Shown here in pieces: positions 34,933 to 46,558 of a stretch of 64,000 nucleotides of DNA. The stretch is from Picochlorum sp. SENEW3. Its lineage: Eukaryota. The number at the start of each line of letters is the position of its first letter. Positions within the stretch are counted from its first letter, which is position 1. The position numbers and the translations under genes are program-made. The DNA lies in assembly GCA_034226945.1 (NCBI GenBank), contig CP120455.1:186001-250000 (forward strand), written 5' to 3'. The notes under the pieces are model-generated. The model saw nothing but the letters and a program-made list of their open reading frames with translations, did not search any database and was not told the origin of the DNA.

Positions 34933-36447
34933 CTACTCAAGGCTGCACCATGTATCTGTCGAGCCTGGCCATATGAGAAAGACCTTGTTCTCAGCGCATT
35001 GTTGCATGACGGACGACGCGTTACGTGAATGCGAGGCAAAGTACTCGACGGTCGAATCCCAAAACTCTGTCTGACAGAAACAGGATGCAAATGGATGACT
35101 TGATGATGGCCAGAATGCTTTTGATAAAACATCACAGCAGCCATTCTCTAGAAAGTCATCTTCCAAGCATGCCGTGAAGAATGCAGGGGCATACATGAAG
35201 CGACACGAGCCCTCGGGGTTGAATACACTATTGCTGGGATACTCTTTCAAGATCGTGATGGGTTCCACTTCCCACGTGGATTCCTCAGACACACGAGGAC
35301 GCCCACAATTTCCTGGATCTTTTGGCCTGAATGTCGCTTCAAACTTTCCATTCGGAGTATCCTCGTCGTACACGTACCAATCAGAGCATCGTGCTCCATT
35401 TCTATTCTTATCCAGATCCACAATACTCCAAGACCCATTCTCATACAGGTCCAAATTGAAAAAGTTTTCTGCGTTGTATCTTGTGGAGGGCAGGCTGATG
35501 ACAGGAATAGCATCTCCAAACAAATGTCCCCACATAATACCTTTGTGATAATGACCAGTCAATATCAATCTAATCGTATCATGCTTCTTCAGTACACTAC
35601 GGAGGTCTGTGATTCCATCATCACCTTTTTCAATCTCATTCAACTTGATAGTCCCTGGTGGAGAATGCAATATGAGTACCACATGCGATGCCTTTGTATG
35701 CGTCAGCTCTTCATCCAACCATATGAGCTGCTTTTTACCAAAGCTTGACAATAGTTGGTTGCATTGTGACGAGCTTGGATCCCACGTTGTGCCCCATACC
35801 GAGTTTAATCCAATGATTTTCCAGTGATCCAGCTCAGTACTGCTATATGCAGATGCATTGAAATAATGCCGGTATACCTTTTCAAGCAAATCTTTCGGCA
35901 TGGTATGTTTGGGCTTGCCGCATGTCAACAAGTTGTCGTGGTTCCCCCAAACAAACACCTTGGCCAATGGAATCGATTCAAAAATATCAACACCAATTGT
36001 ATATCCATTGACATCCATATCGAACAGTTTCTGCACACCGTGCTCATCGATACCAAAATCTCTCTGTAAAATACCCAGTCCACTGTGAACCACATCCCCC
36101 AGCAAGACAGCAAGCTTTGGAGATGGATCCACACCCAACGCTGCCACAATTTGCTGTGCCGTCAAATACATTCTCATTTGACTCCGCACCACACTCTCAT
36201 TATCAAGCTCATTGGTCTCGGTATTCAAGTGATACTCTGGGCCAGCCAGATGCGGATCAGAGATCACCGCAACCCGTTCGACACGAGGTGACGAGGGCCT
36301 GATGAACAGACCCGGGGTCCTGGACACCATGCGGGAGACCCCAAGAGTCGTCAGGCACAAGAGATGCAGGACGCATACCCCAATCCAGATGGCCACTGAA
36401 ACAGACGTCATCTTGATAACGGCTACAATAGATGCTATGCCTGCCAC
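34933..36447 (-). CDS. Secreted calcineurin-like metallophosphoesterase, copy 2 (tandem paralogue)
   Basis: DPH, GDVVH, GNHD, GHYH; colinear with copy 1. Confidence 0.85.
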   Translation of the reverse strand: MAGIASIVAVIKMTSVSVAIWIGVCVLHLLCLTTLGVSRMVSRTPGLFIRPSSPRVERVAVISDPHLAGPEYHLNTETNELDNESVVRSQMRMYLTAQQIVAALGVDPSPKLAVLLGDVVHSGLGILQRDFGIDEHGVQKLFDMDVNGYTIGVDIFESIPLAKVFVWGNHDNLLTCGKPKHTMPKDLLEKVYRHYFNASAYSSTELDHWKIIGLNSVWGTTWDPSSSQCNQLLSSFGKKQLIWLDEELTHTKASHVVLILHSPPGTIKLNEIEKGDDGITDLRSVLKKHDTIRLILTGHYHKGIMWGHLFGDAIPVISLPSTRYNAENFFNLDLYENGSWSIVDLDKNRNGARCSDWYVYDEDTPNGKFEATFRPKDPGNCGRPRVSEESTWEVEPITILKEYPSNSVFNPEGSCRFMYAPAFFTACLEDDFLENGCCDVLSKAFWPSSSHPFASCFCQTEFWDSTVEYFASHSRNASSVMQQCAENKVFLIWPGSTDTWCSLE

Positions 36448-36955
36448 GTGTCCAAAAGAAATTCAATTGCGGCAAATTTGGACAAATTCCCTCAATTGCC
36501 ACAAGGTCCTATTATCGGCAGTGAACCGTTGAGATTCCCGCATAGTCTCCCCTTGTAAAAGCCATAAAAATACTCCAACAATCTTCAATCAATACTCAAT
36601 GTATCAAAAAAAAGTGTTGGAATCTAGTCTCGATGGATGAATGGAAGACCATCTCTCTTTCTCAGGCCCTCAGGCCGGTTCCTCCGAGATATATACAATT
36701 GTGCAGATGGATCGGTCCAACAGGGTGTTTGACCGTAGACCAGAATCACAGCCGTGTCTCATGATGACAATCAAAAATAAGAAGAAAAAGTGCCTGGTCT
36801 CTTGTTTCCTCATACATGAATGGGAAGCAACTCCTGTGTTCATTTTTGTATCAAAGCAGCATTTTATTTCATACTGGATACCTCAACAATGCAGCTTGAT
36901 AGGAGTAGATACAACGTCAAGGTCTTGAACAGTACCAAGTAGGCTTGAGATTGCC

Positions 36956-37924
36956 ATGCAGAGAGAAGGACGGAGACGGAGCAGGAGGGACTACTCACCT
37001 GGGCGGTATTCAAGTGGAAGTGGAAGAAGGCGAAGACATTCTCCAGACTATAGAGAGGAGGAGCGTAGGACGAGAGAAAGGAAGCCACTGCCACTACAGT
37101 CGGAATACCCGGAGGATGTGAGTGATGATGATATTCGAGCGGATAGTAGACGAGAATATAGGAGATTGAAACGAAACAAGATGAGGGAGAGGAATGTGCG
37201 ATGTGTGTACAGGAATACGCCCAGTCCTCCTCCTGGGGAGGAGCGTCTTGGGTCTCAGGAGGATGACGAGGGATCAGTCATGTTGACAGAGGATGAGGAA
37301 GAGTTGCAGGATGAACTAGAAGAGCATAGGAAGAGATTGCAGAAGAGTGAGGATCAGAGGCGGAAGCGGGGGTTGGATGAAAAGCAGGAAATGGTTATGA
37401 GTGACTTGTTCCAGAATGATACCGTCCTGCAAGGATTGCGAGCGAGGCAGATGGAAATGCTCAGAGGATATTTGGATAGTATACGAGATGCTCGAATAGC
37501 AGAAGAGGAGAGGAAGCGGTTGGAGGAGGAGGAGAATGCGTTGGTGGGACCAGAGCCATTGACACGTGAAGGGCATGTGGAGCAGTTTGAGTCCACATCC
37601 ATGTATGGGACGCATCTCAGGCCGGGAGAGGGTTCTGCCATGGCGGCGTACGTTCAACAGGGTAAAAGGATTCCTCGACGTGGTGAAGTTGGTCTGGATG
37701 CTGAGAGAATTGAACAGTTTGAAAAGATTGGGTATGTGATGAGTGGTAACAGAAATGCAAAAATGAATGCTATTCGGATGAGAAAGGAGAATCAGGTGTA
37801 TACAGCGGAGGAGAAAGCGGCATTGGCCATGCTGAATTTTGAAGAGAAGAAGAAGAAAGAAGCAAAGATTATAGAAGATATGCGAAAGTTGGTGGATAAG
37901 ACTGTGACTGATGTGCAAAAGTAA
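36956..37924 (+). CDS. NKAP-like splicing-associated protein
   Basis: RS-rich N-terminus; LRPGEGSAMAAYVQQGKRIPRRGEVGL...GYVMSG...RKENQVY. Confidence 0.9.
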   Translation: MQREGRRRSRRDYSPGRYSSGSGRRRRHSPDYREEERRTRERKPLPLQSEYPEDVSDDDIRADSRREYRRLKRNKMRERNVRCVYRNTPSPPPGEERLGSQEDDEGSVMLTEDEEELQDELEEHRKRLQKSEDQRRKRGLDEKQEMVMSDLFQNDTVLQGLRARQMEMLRGYLDSIRDARIAEEERKRLEEEENALVGPEPLTREGHVEQFESTSMYGTHLRPGEGSAMAAYVQQGKRIPRRGEVGLDAERIEQFEKIGYVMSGNRNAKMNAIRMRKENQVYTAEEKAALAMLNFEEKKKKEAKIIEDMRKLVDKTVTDVQK

Positions 37925-38028
37925 CCCATCATTGTTGTTATTGAAACACGTTCAAAGAAGAAGAAAAATAAATACATAGTATGTCGTGAAAACACGAATC
38001 AAAGAGAATAGAAACAAGTAAGACATGG

Positions 38029-39627
38029 TCACATGACAATGTCGGGGAATGTCAAGTGCATGGTTGGGCATATTGCTCTAATGGGGGCCTCCATGGGTGC
38101 GGATGGCCGCTGATCACGACCAAGTTTGTTGGCAAACGTGAAATGTCCCTCCATACGGCCCTCAACAGGAACATCATGGTTGGCATAATGCTCCATGGTC
38201 CTCAACGATACGTAACTCTGATACTCGAACGCAACACCTCCTTCCCTCAATACTGGATATTGCCCTACAACGCCCCCTCCTTGAACCTCTTGAACACCAT
38301 TTGCCGATGTAATTTTCCAGTACCTACCTCTCAATCGAATAACAGTAAGAATCTCGGACGGATCAACCCCTCGCTCTCTCTGCTCTTCCACACTCAGCAA
38401 CCTCATCTGTATACTGTATGCCCACACTAGTTCATTGGAGGGGCACTGGATTGCATGCGGTGCAAGCACGCAGGACGACTTTACTTCAATACTTCCAGTC
38501 ACACATTCGCGACATTCTGGACCTTTCAATGGAAACCTCCACAGCATACAAACTCCATCCCCTGGGACAGGATGATACTGAATATGCTGCATCTCCAATT
38601 CAAGAGCATAACACTCCATCCAATGCACCAGAGGAGGCACAGGATGTATATCATATCCCATTGACGATACAATTTCCTCATAATGAGGGTAATTCAACTC
38701 CACTCGGCGCATTTCATCCTTACTGGAAACATACCATGCAGGTCTTGGTTTATCAGGTGCAAATATCCTTCGATCTCGAGCAACTCCATCAATCCCATCA
38801 GGCATTCCTGGCCTCGGATCAAACTGAATCTGTCCACTCTCTACATCAAAGAACATATCTTTATACCGCGAGCCACTGAGATTCATCGCCATCATAAACT
38901 TTGGCCTTGACCCATGCCTCCCCATGGAGAGTATCGAGAGAGGCATTGCGCCTGACAGAGGCAGCATGGAGAGAGAATACTCATCATGATATACCTTCAT
39001 CCCAGGAAATATACCTTGAAATGCATCTTCGCTCGATTCGTCAAAATCGGGAAGATGGGGAATATCCATCCTGATTCTCAGCCTCTTTGAATTTGATTCA
39101 AGAGGAGGATCCATTGGCTCATCGCCATGCCTTTGCCCCCCACACACACGATACAAGCACTCCAACTCCATAGGCATCGGCCGCCGGAATCCCGCACGGA
39201 ACATCCCGCTGAACCGTCTCAACCCCTGAGCTGTTTCTGGAACCAGCAGTGTGTCTGCCACAGGTTTAGCATACTGCTCCACACTCTCATATATACTACT
39301 CCACGCCCGAATCATCCGATACCCTATCGATCCATACTTGGAACAAATCTCATGGAACCGCATGCCGAGATTCCTCCCCACTCGGTCCCCTCCAACCCCA
39401 AACCGACGGCCAAGGTGAACCAGAGTCTTGTGCTTTTCGATACCAAAATACCGAGACAAGCACAAACCCCATATTTCCTCCTCATGTCGATCATAAAAAT
39501 CCTTAGAATATCTATTCAATTCTTTGCATGTATATATATCTCGAGGTGGTAAGAAAGAGAGCACGTGAAGGAGGGACGAGTCGTCCAGGAGTTCCAACAC
39601 AGAGATGGACTCATCATGCTCTTCCAT
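38029..39627 (-). CDS. F-box + SMI1/KNR4-like + ApaG protein (SKIP16/FBXO3-like)
   Basis: F-box LDDSSLLHVLSFL; YSIQM, RYWKIT, GGGVVGQYPVL, MEGHFTF. Confidence 0.82.
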   Translation of the reverse strand: MEEHDESISVLELLDDSSLLHVLSFLPPRDIYTCKELNRYSKDFYDRHEEEIWGLCLSRYFGIEKHKTLVHLGRRFGVGGDRVGRNLGMRFHEICSKYGSIGYRMIRAWSSIYESVEQYAKPVADTLLVPETAQGLRRFSGMFRAGFRRPMPMELECLYRVCGGQRHGDEPMDPPLESNSKRLRIRMDIPHLPDFDESSEDAFQGIFPGMKVYHDEYSLSMLPLSGAMPLSILSMGRHGSRPKFMMAMNLSGSRYKDMFFDVESGQIQFDPRPGMPDGIDGVARDRRIFAPDKPRPAWYVSSKDEMRRVELNYPHYEEIVSSMGYDIHPVPPLVHWMECYALELEMQHIQYHPVPGDGVCMLWRFPLKGPECRECVTGSIEVKSSCVLAPHAIQCPSNELVWAYSIQMRLLSVEEQRERGVDPSEILTVIRLRGRYWKITSANGVQEVQGGGVVGQYPVLREGGVAFEYQSYVSLRTMEHYANHDVPVEGRMEGHFTFANKLGRDQRPSAPMEAPIRAICPTMHLTFPDIVM

Positions 39628-39825
39628 CCCGGGTATTATAGTACCATTCGTATTACATATTTGATACGTCATGAATGAATGAATCATGTAAAGCAACCAA
39701 CCTTCCTTGGTTCAATGGAGAATGATGACCATCACCCAGTGGGTGAGTCTCAATCTCCAGTCAGTCAAACAGGCACCACCGCATCCAGTATGCGATCATC
39801 ATGGAAAAGAAATGCGGCTGTCAAT

Positions 39826-40547
39826 TCAAGCAAATGAGTCGAGTTTCACCGAAAGGGTTCTTCCCTCCAGATCAATGCCGTTGTACTGCTGAATGGCAAT
39901 GTTTGCCTGATCTGGTGTTGCAAACTGAATCACACCATATCCACGGGAGCGGCCATCCCTACCGTACACAACATCTCCCTTGACAATCTCTCCACATCCC
40001 TGGAAGATGTCAAGCAATTGAGCCCCTGTGTACGACCATGGAAGCCCATGGACGACAACCTGCGTCCCAGGAGGAGCTGGCTCTCCCCCAAGGTCGCCTC
40101 CGCGGCCTCCTCGAGCACCACGGCCTCGTCCTCCCACGCGACGAGGAGGATCGCCAAACTCCTTGATTTCACGATCCTCGCGATCCTCGCGAACGATGAT
40201 GGGCCTTCCGTCAATCTCCACGCCATTCATGGTGTTCATAGCGTTCACAGCCTCGTCGCTCGTCTCGAATTCGACGATACCCCATCCCTTTGACCTTCCA
40301 TTTTCATCTCGCATCACATTCGTGTAGACAACATTCCCGCAGTCACGGAATTTGTCCTTCAGATCCTGCCACGACGTTCTCCATGCCAAGTTCGACACAA
40401 AGCAGCGCCTTCCCACTCGAATTTCTTCCTCTACACACAACATATGCATAGTTAGATGGAATAATTTCCTCAGCACAGCAGTTAACCAACGGCGCCACCA
40501 AACCCACCCATCGGGCCGTCCGCCATTCCATCACACGTACCAGCCAT
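39826..40547 (-). CDS. Two-RRM G-strand binding protein (GBP1/Gbp2-like)
   Basis: 7-nt coding exon ATGGCTG, intron 40540-40431, giving MAEEEIRVGRRCFVSNL; SKGWGIVEF, RGG linker, SRGYGVIQF. Confidence 0.85.
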
Positions 40548-40918
40548 TCTTCGCTCCAAACCCCCCAATAAATCCCAAAGACACAGAAGATATCAGTTAA
40601 TTGACTTCAAATCTGCGTGTATCTCTGCCTCTCTGTCTGAGACGATCGACTGCGTGATTCAGAAAGTGAATGCAATCAATCAGTCCTCAAGATTCCTTCC
40701 TCGCACAGGGTGTGTTTTATTTCAACCCAATGGATTTTTTTACGTGTAACCGCGCTGGCACCGTGCAGGCGGTTATCATCGCCTCTGCTCCAGATCTGTC
40801 TCAGATCTCCGGAGATCCATGGTCCCTTAAGAAAGCTTTCTTCTCGTGCCTGTCCAAGTACGATACGCCATTCATATTGAAATAGAGTGGGTTCAATCAA
40901 AAGGTAGATTCATACAGT

Positions 40919-42448
40919 ATGGCAGCAACCTCATCGCAGCAAGGGTTCTTTTCACAACAGCAGGGTACCCTGGGGGGTGCTGGAGGGAGCGAGGATCCCA
41001 GTGCTCGTGCGTTTTTGTTGTCGGGTTCTGCTCTATCATCCGATGATATTCAACAAGAGTTTAAACAATTACCAACGACACAGCAGCTGTTGAGGACGAG
41101 GGAGATTCCGTGGGACATTTACATGACCGCGAGGCTCATTACGGATCGGGATTTGCAATTACTTCGTCGGTATGATAAGAAGGATCCTCAACAGAAGAAG
41201 TTGTTGCTTAGTGATGGAGGGGAGAAGTATGTTCGAGCTATGATGTCGGTGTTGCAGAATGTGACAAAGGAAGAGACGGTGCAGTATGTGCTGGCCTTGG
41301 TGGACGAGGTGTTGGAGGGGAATTCTCAGAGGGCGAGGTTTTTCTTTTCATTGACGTATGGGGAGGGAGAGGATTCTGTACTGGATCCGTATGGGATACT
41401 GTTGCGGTTGTTGCAGCGGGATGATTGGTTTACGCAGGAAAAGGCGGCATTAATTTTGAGTCAGGTGGTGGCCCATCGGCCGAATAAAGAGGCGTTAGGG
41501 GAGGCTGTGATGCCGGATGGGACGCTGGTTGGAGATGATGTGGGGAAGGCGATATTAGCATTTATTGATTGGTGTTTGTCTCAGTTGAGAAGGCCGGCGC
41601 ATCCAGTGAATGCTGTGCCTACCGCTGTGCATTGTTTGGCAGTGATGCTGCGGGAAAAGCCTGTGAGGCCATTAGTGTGCAAGGCTGGGGGTGTCGGGTT
41701 GATTATGGCCTTGGTGGGGATGCCGCAGGGTGGGATTAATGTACAGGTACAGTATGAGTCTATTCTATGTGTGTGGTTGCTGTCTCTGTATGGGCCAGGG
41801 AATGAGAGCTTGTCTACTCCAGCATTGGTGAATCGGTTGGTGGATGTGGTCCGCTTGGCACACAAGGAAAAGGTTATACGGGTGGCGCTGATGGCGCTCA
41901 AGTCGCTGTTGGATGAGAGTGGGAAAATGGCGTTAGAAATGTCGGCAGTGGAGAATGGACTGCCAAAGGCGCTGGAAAATAGGGCAGAGCAGACATGGGA
42001 GGATGGAGATATTCCAGATTTGTTGGAGGACCTGCAGGAGCGTATGGATGCGGGTGTACTTGCCATGTCGTCGTTAGAGAGATATAGAAAGGAAGTGATG
42101 CAAGGGACGCTTGTTCCTGGTCCAATGCATGATTCGGAGGAGTTTTGGTCGGAGAATGCAGAGAAATTAGCAGACAATAATGCTGCACTGCTCAAAGCCT
42201 TGCTAAGGCTGTTGGATGCATCCAATGACCACGTCACGCTGTGTCTTGCATGCCGAGATGTGTCCAACTTTGTGACACATTATCCCCATGGAAAGGGTTT
42301 GATTGCTGATCTGCAAGCAAAGCCACTCGTGATGCGATTGATGGCGCATCCGGATTCAGGCGTGCAGAGAGAGGCGCTTCTGTGCGTTCAAAAACTGCTC
42401 CTGTCAAAAAATACGCTTGGATACATGGCTCAAGTTCAGGACTCGTAG
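40919..42448 (+). CDS. V-type ATPase subunit H
   Basis: IPWDIYM, KEETVQYVL, KEKVIRV, FWSENA, ALLCVQKL. Confidence 0.92.
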   Translation: MAATSSQQGFFSQQQGTLGGAGGSEDPSARAFLLSGSALSSDDIQQEFKQLPTTQQLLRTREIPWDIYMTARLITDRDLQLLRRYDKKDPQQKKLLLSDGGEKYVRAMMSVLQNVTKEETVQYVLALVDEVLEGNSQRARFFFSLTYGEGEDSVLDPYGILLRLLQRDDWFTQEKAALILSQVVAHRPNKEALGEAVMPDGTLVGDDVGKAILAFIDWCLSQLRRPAHPVNAVPTAVHCLAVMLREKPVRPLVCKAGGVGLIMALVGMPQGGINVQVQYESILCVWLLSLYGPGNESLSTPALVNRLVDVVRLAHKEKVIRVALMALKSLLDESGKMALEMSAVENGLPKALENRAEQTWEDGDIPDLLEDLQERMDAGVLAMSSLERYRKEVMQGTLVPGPMHDSEEFWSENAEKLADNNAALLKALLRLLDASNDHVTLCLACRDVSNFVTHYPHGKGLIADLQAKPLVMRLMAHPDSGVQREALLCVQKLLLSKNTLGYMAQVQDS

Positions 42449-42545
42449 CAATGCTTGAATACCATATTTTTGTTTCTCATTTTTTGTATAATATATTCAT
42501 AATGGTGTGATACATTGAATTTCGGGAAGAAGGAATCAGGAAGAC

Positions 42546-44040
42546 ATGATTCGTCGTCGGGTGCCATGCGCTGCCGTCACAAGAGCTGCTCGATTCATGT
42601 CGTCATCTTCTGATGAGGTATTTCAGTTTCAAAAGTCACCAATTCCATCACATTCACGGGTGGTTGTGACTGGGGTTGGTTTTGTGACGCCGTGTGGAAT
42701 TGGACAAGAGAGTTTATGGGACAAGGTCCTGCAGGGCGTTTCTGCGACGCGGTCGCTAACACGAATGGATCTACCGCCGGTATGTTATTCTCGTTTGATG
42801 AGGGATATGTCCAGAGGAGTTGAGTATGAGTTGCGAATCCATTCTGTAGGAGCATGAAGGAGCATTTGATTCCTTGCCATCCAGGGTGGTTGGCAAGGTG
42901 GATATGGATGAAGTTGTGCGGGAGATTCAAGCACGGACATTACGAGGGGTGGATGCAAAGAGTCCTCCGTTTGTTCAATATGCCAGTATAGCTGCGGATG
43001 AAGCGCTGCGAGACGCGGGATGGTTTCCGTCATCTGCTGCAGCATGTGACATGACTGGAGTGGCCATTGGGGCTGGGATGAGTTCAACGTACGAATTGGG
43101 GCAGGCTGGGAGGTTGATAGAACACGGAAAGATTCGACGATTATCTCCATATTTTGTGCCTCGTATTTTAGTGAATGCGGCTGCTGGAGCGGTGAGTATG
43201 TCGTATGATTTGCATGGACCCAATCATGCAGCAAGTACTGCTTGTGCGACAGGGGCACATGCCATTGGGGATGCATTTCGAATGATTCAGCGAGGAGATG
43301 CTCGTGTGATGATTGCTGGAGGGACAGAGTCGTGTGTAGATGCAATTTCATTGTCAGGATTTGCCCGAATTAAGGCGCTGTCGACTGCATTTCATGATTC
43401 CCCAGAGACGGCATCTCGGCCATTTGACAAGGACAGGGATGGGTTTGTTCTCAGTGAAGGCGCCTCAATGCTGGTGCTCGAAGACGCAGACCATGCCCTC
43501 GCTCGAGGCGCTCGAATTTACTGTGAAATTATAGGGTATGGTATGTCCTCGGATGCGTATCACGTGACAAAACCCCGCGAGGATGGGTATGGAGCGCGAT
43601 TGGCCATGCAGCGGGCCTTGTCTGTGGCGGGATGTGATCCAGAGGATGTTTCGTATATTAATGCACATGCAACATCCACACCTATTGGAGACCTTGCAGA
43701 ACTACATGCGATTCAGTCTGTATTTTTTGACTCTGCGTTGCAGCGTGGTCCTCGAAGGCACCCATTGTATGTGTCATCATCCAAAGGAACACTGGGTCAT
43801 TTACTCGGGGCAGCAGGGGCGGTTGAAGCTGCCATTTCATGCCTGGCATGTTATCATAGACAGTGTCCACCTACGGCAAATTTGAATAAGACGGACATCA
43901 CAACGGTGTCTGGATGCGAGCTTGTCTCGAAAGATCCCGTGAACTTACAGGATGAAACACCCCGCGTGGCAGTCATGAGCAATTCATTTGGCTTTGGTGG
44001 GACAAACACCAGCCTCTTGTTTACCAGCACCAATACCTAA
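42546..44040 (+). CDS. 3-oxoacyl-ACP synthase (mitochondrial KAS/OXSM-like)
   Basis: RVVVTGVG; intron 42780-42849; TACATG, NAHATST, GHLLGAAG, SNSFGFGG. Confidence 0.92.
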
Positions 44041-44130
44041 TTGGTGCTGCAATTACATAAAACGTATAGACCTTGTATTATTATTATTCGTCGTAGTAAG
44101 AGTATATATAATCTGTAAGACAGGGATGAT

Positions 44131-45234
44131 TTATGCCCACCGCCCAACAATCATGAGTGCTGCAGAACCAAGCACAAAGGCCGACACACATAACAACTGA
44201 TGACTCCACGGCTGGCGTCGAAGCCATCGTCCCCTCGACGACAGAGTATTCAAATGCTCTAAAGCAATATAAATAAGCATACCAGCAGCAATCGCATTTA
44301 CAATCCCCACAGTGAACAGATATGCCTGACTATCCTCGTTAAGACTCTCATGCAAAATGATCCCAATCGCTATTCCCAACGGAGCTGTGATGCCAAAGCA
44401 TAGCGCAAGCACCATGTACATTTTCATGGAATATTTACCTCGCATAGAGGCAGCTCCAACGCCAAACCCTTCCAATAATTGATGAAAAATCACAGCGATG
44501 AACAGTCCAGTAAAGGCATCCCCAGTCTGAAGACCCAATGCAAGCCCAACTGGTATTGAATGCGAACACACAGAAACTTCGATCAGCATAATAACACCAC
44601 GTGCTAGTTGAATTTCAGTATGTTCATCCACATATATATCATCCCCATGTCCTCCATCCACGGAGTCCTCTTCCTCGTCTGATGCAATATCAACCATGAT
44701 GATTTCTGATGTTGTCCTATACTCCATCGACCTCACATCGGCAAGTGTCCCCGTTTCTTCCGTCGTGAATTTCTTTGCTCTACGTATCTTCATCTCAAAA
44801 TACCCCTTGAGGAAGTAATCAACCAGAATCAACACAACAATGGTAATATTGCAAAACAACATGGCCCAATCTGGATAGGCATTTAAAAATCCCTGTGGTA
44901 AACAAGGATTCGACAAAAACTCCTCCGCATCAGCCAAAATATGAATAAACCCTACGGTGAGAACAACTCCTGATCCGCCACACGCACTGGCGACGATGAG
45001 CAACTGATACACACGATGCTCTTTCAAACTCAACATGATTGGTGTCATAAACCCCACCACTGACAGGACAAGAATGACGAATATAGAAGCAATCGCAAAT
45101 CCAAGATTATAGTTACCAGTATCTGTTGGTGTAGAGCAGATTGCATCCTCGCCAGAACCGTCATCAGCAAGAGCAAGGGGTGCAGCAGTCAGCAAGAGTA
45201 TGCCAAACAGACAGAGGACCCGTTGCCCAATCAT
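44131..45234 (-). CDS. ZIP family Zn/Fe transporter
   Basis: GFIHIL, SHSIPVGLALG, FHQLLEGFGVG. Confidence 0.92.
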   Translation of the reverse strand: MIGQRVLCLFGILLLTAAPLALADDGSGEDAICSTPTDTGNYNLGFAIASIFVILVLSVVGFMTPIMLSLKEHRVYQLLIVASACGGSGVVLTVGFIHILADAEEFLSNPCLPQGFLNAYPDWAMLFCNITIVVLILVDYFLKGYFEMKIRRAKKFTTEETGTLADVRSMEYRTTSEIIMVDIASDEEEDSVDGGHGDDIYVDEHTEIQLARGVIMLIEVSVCSHSIPVGLALGLQTGDAFTGLFIAVIFHQLLEGFGVGAASMRGKYSMKMYMVLALCFGITAPLGIAIGIILHESLNEDSQAYLFTVGIVNAIAAGMLIYIALEHLNTLSSRGRWLRRQPWSHQLLCVSAFVLGSAALMIVGRWA

Positions 45235-45534
45235 TCATCCACGTTTATTCAATCTAGACTCGACAATCATTACTCTACCCTTTGCAAACAACACTCAGAT
45301 ATCATAATACATGCGAGGAACACAGTGCGTGTTTTGAGACTGGCAGCAAGTTCCAATCGGAGTCAGGCGTGTGTTCGACACACGTCATCGACAGAGAAAA
45401 CTCCTCTAGTTGGCACGGGCTTGATTCTTTGGCGACACACAAGGAAGTGCCCTTTGTGTGGCTAATTTTTTACATAATAATACCATTCGATACGGTATAT
45501 AGCAGCAATAGAAGTACTAGTAGTAGGCGTGAGC

Positions 45535-46027
45535 ATGGATCAAGGCAGGGTGCCTAAACCTCCTGTATCAGCACAAGCGGCGGAGGGACACGCAGGAGAC
45601 ACTGTACCCCAAAGTCCAGCTAAAATTTTAACAACAAGAGAGATCCAGCAGGTATGCTTTCTCTGGGCGGAGATTTGGGTGGTTTGAAAATTGTTTTGAA
45701 TTTGAATAATGCCCCTCAATTGGTATGGCCTTGCTGACACACGCATGCTCTTTTGGATATAGAAATTAGAAGAGAATTCAATGCTTTTGGAGGCGATTAA
45801 TGAGAGACAGAATGTCAACTCATTGAAGGACTGTGTAACGTGGGTATTTTTGACTGCTACTGTGTCTTGTCACTCTGTGATGAATGGGGTTCATCAACTG
45901 TACAGTCATCTGTGAATCAATTGTGTGTAGGTATCAGAAGAAGCTGTCATCAAACCTGAGGGAGCTGGCACTGTTGCTAGAATCTGATAAACAACAAAAG
46001 CCTGGGGAGACTGCCAGGCAACAATAA
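45535..46027 (+). CDS. SSXT-domain protein (SS18/GIF-like), 3 exons, absent from the ORF track
   Basis: Exons 45535-45651, 45763-45839, 45931-46027 with GT-AG introns; LTTREIQQKLEENSMLLEAINERQN...CVTYQKKLSSNLRELA. Confidence 0.8.
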
Positions 46028-46558
46028 TAATGGGTGTTGGGACACAAGAAACAGGCGAGTGCATATCGATACCAATGAAGGGTATGTATATTTATATGCA
46101 TATCAGCAGCCTTGCTATGCAGTATTGATAATAAAGCAATGTTGGCCATCACAGCATCATCACTGATGGAGTGCTGAGGTGTCCAGAATTCCTCTCTTCT
46201 TTTTTAAACGGTACTGAGGGATTGCTGGATGCCCGCTGTAATAACGCCCTTAGATAAAACATATTTATTCATTTATGTAAATTATAGAGCTGCTTGTTTA
46301 TTTTCGGAACGGATCCTTGGTTCAATTGGATGCAAATTCAGGGGCACATTTCGGTTCCTGAGAGAGCGGTGCGCGTTGTCAATATATCACTCAGATTAAT
46401 ATAGAACTGCATGATGTTATTGTTATTACCAATATTATTCGGCTCAGGTGCGCTCGTTGTTTGGGTCGCTTGGGACGCATAGTCAGTTTGGAAGTGGGGG
46501 AGTCTTATGGTTGCAAGACAAATTCTTCTCCGATCATTTGGGGAGAAAGATCATCGTG

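Noticed and set aside
36641..36928. 95-aa ORF upstream of the NKAP-like gene
   Set aside because: No protein-like features; likely promoter or UTR sequence
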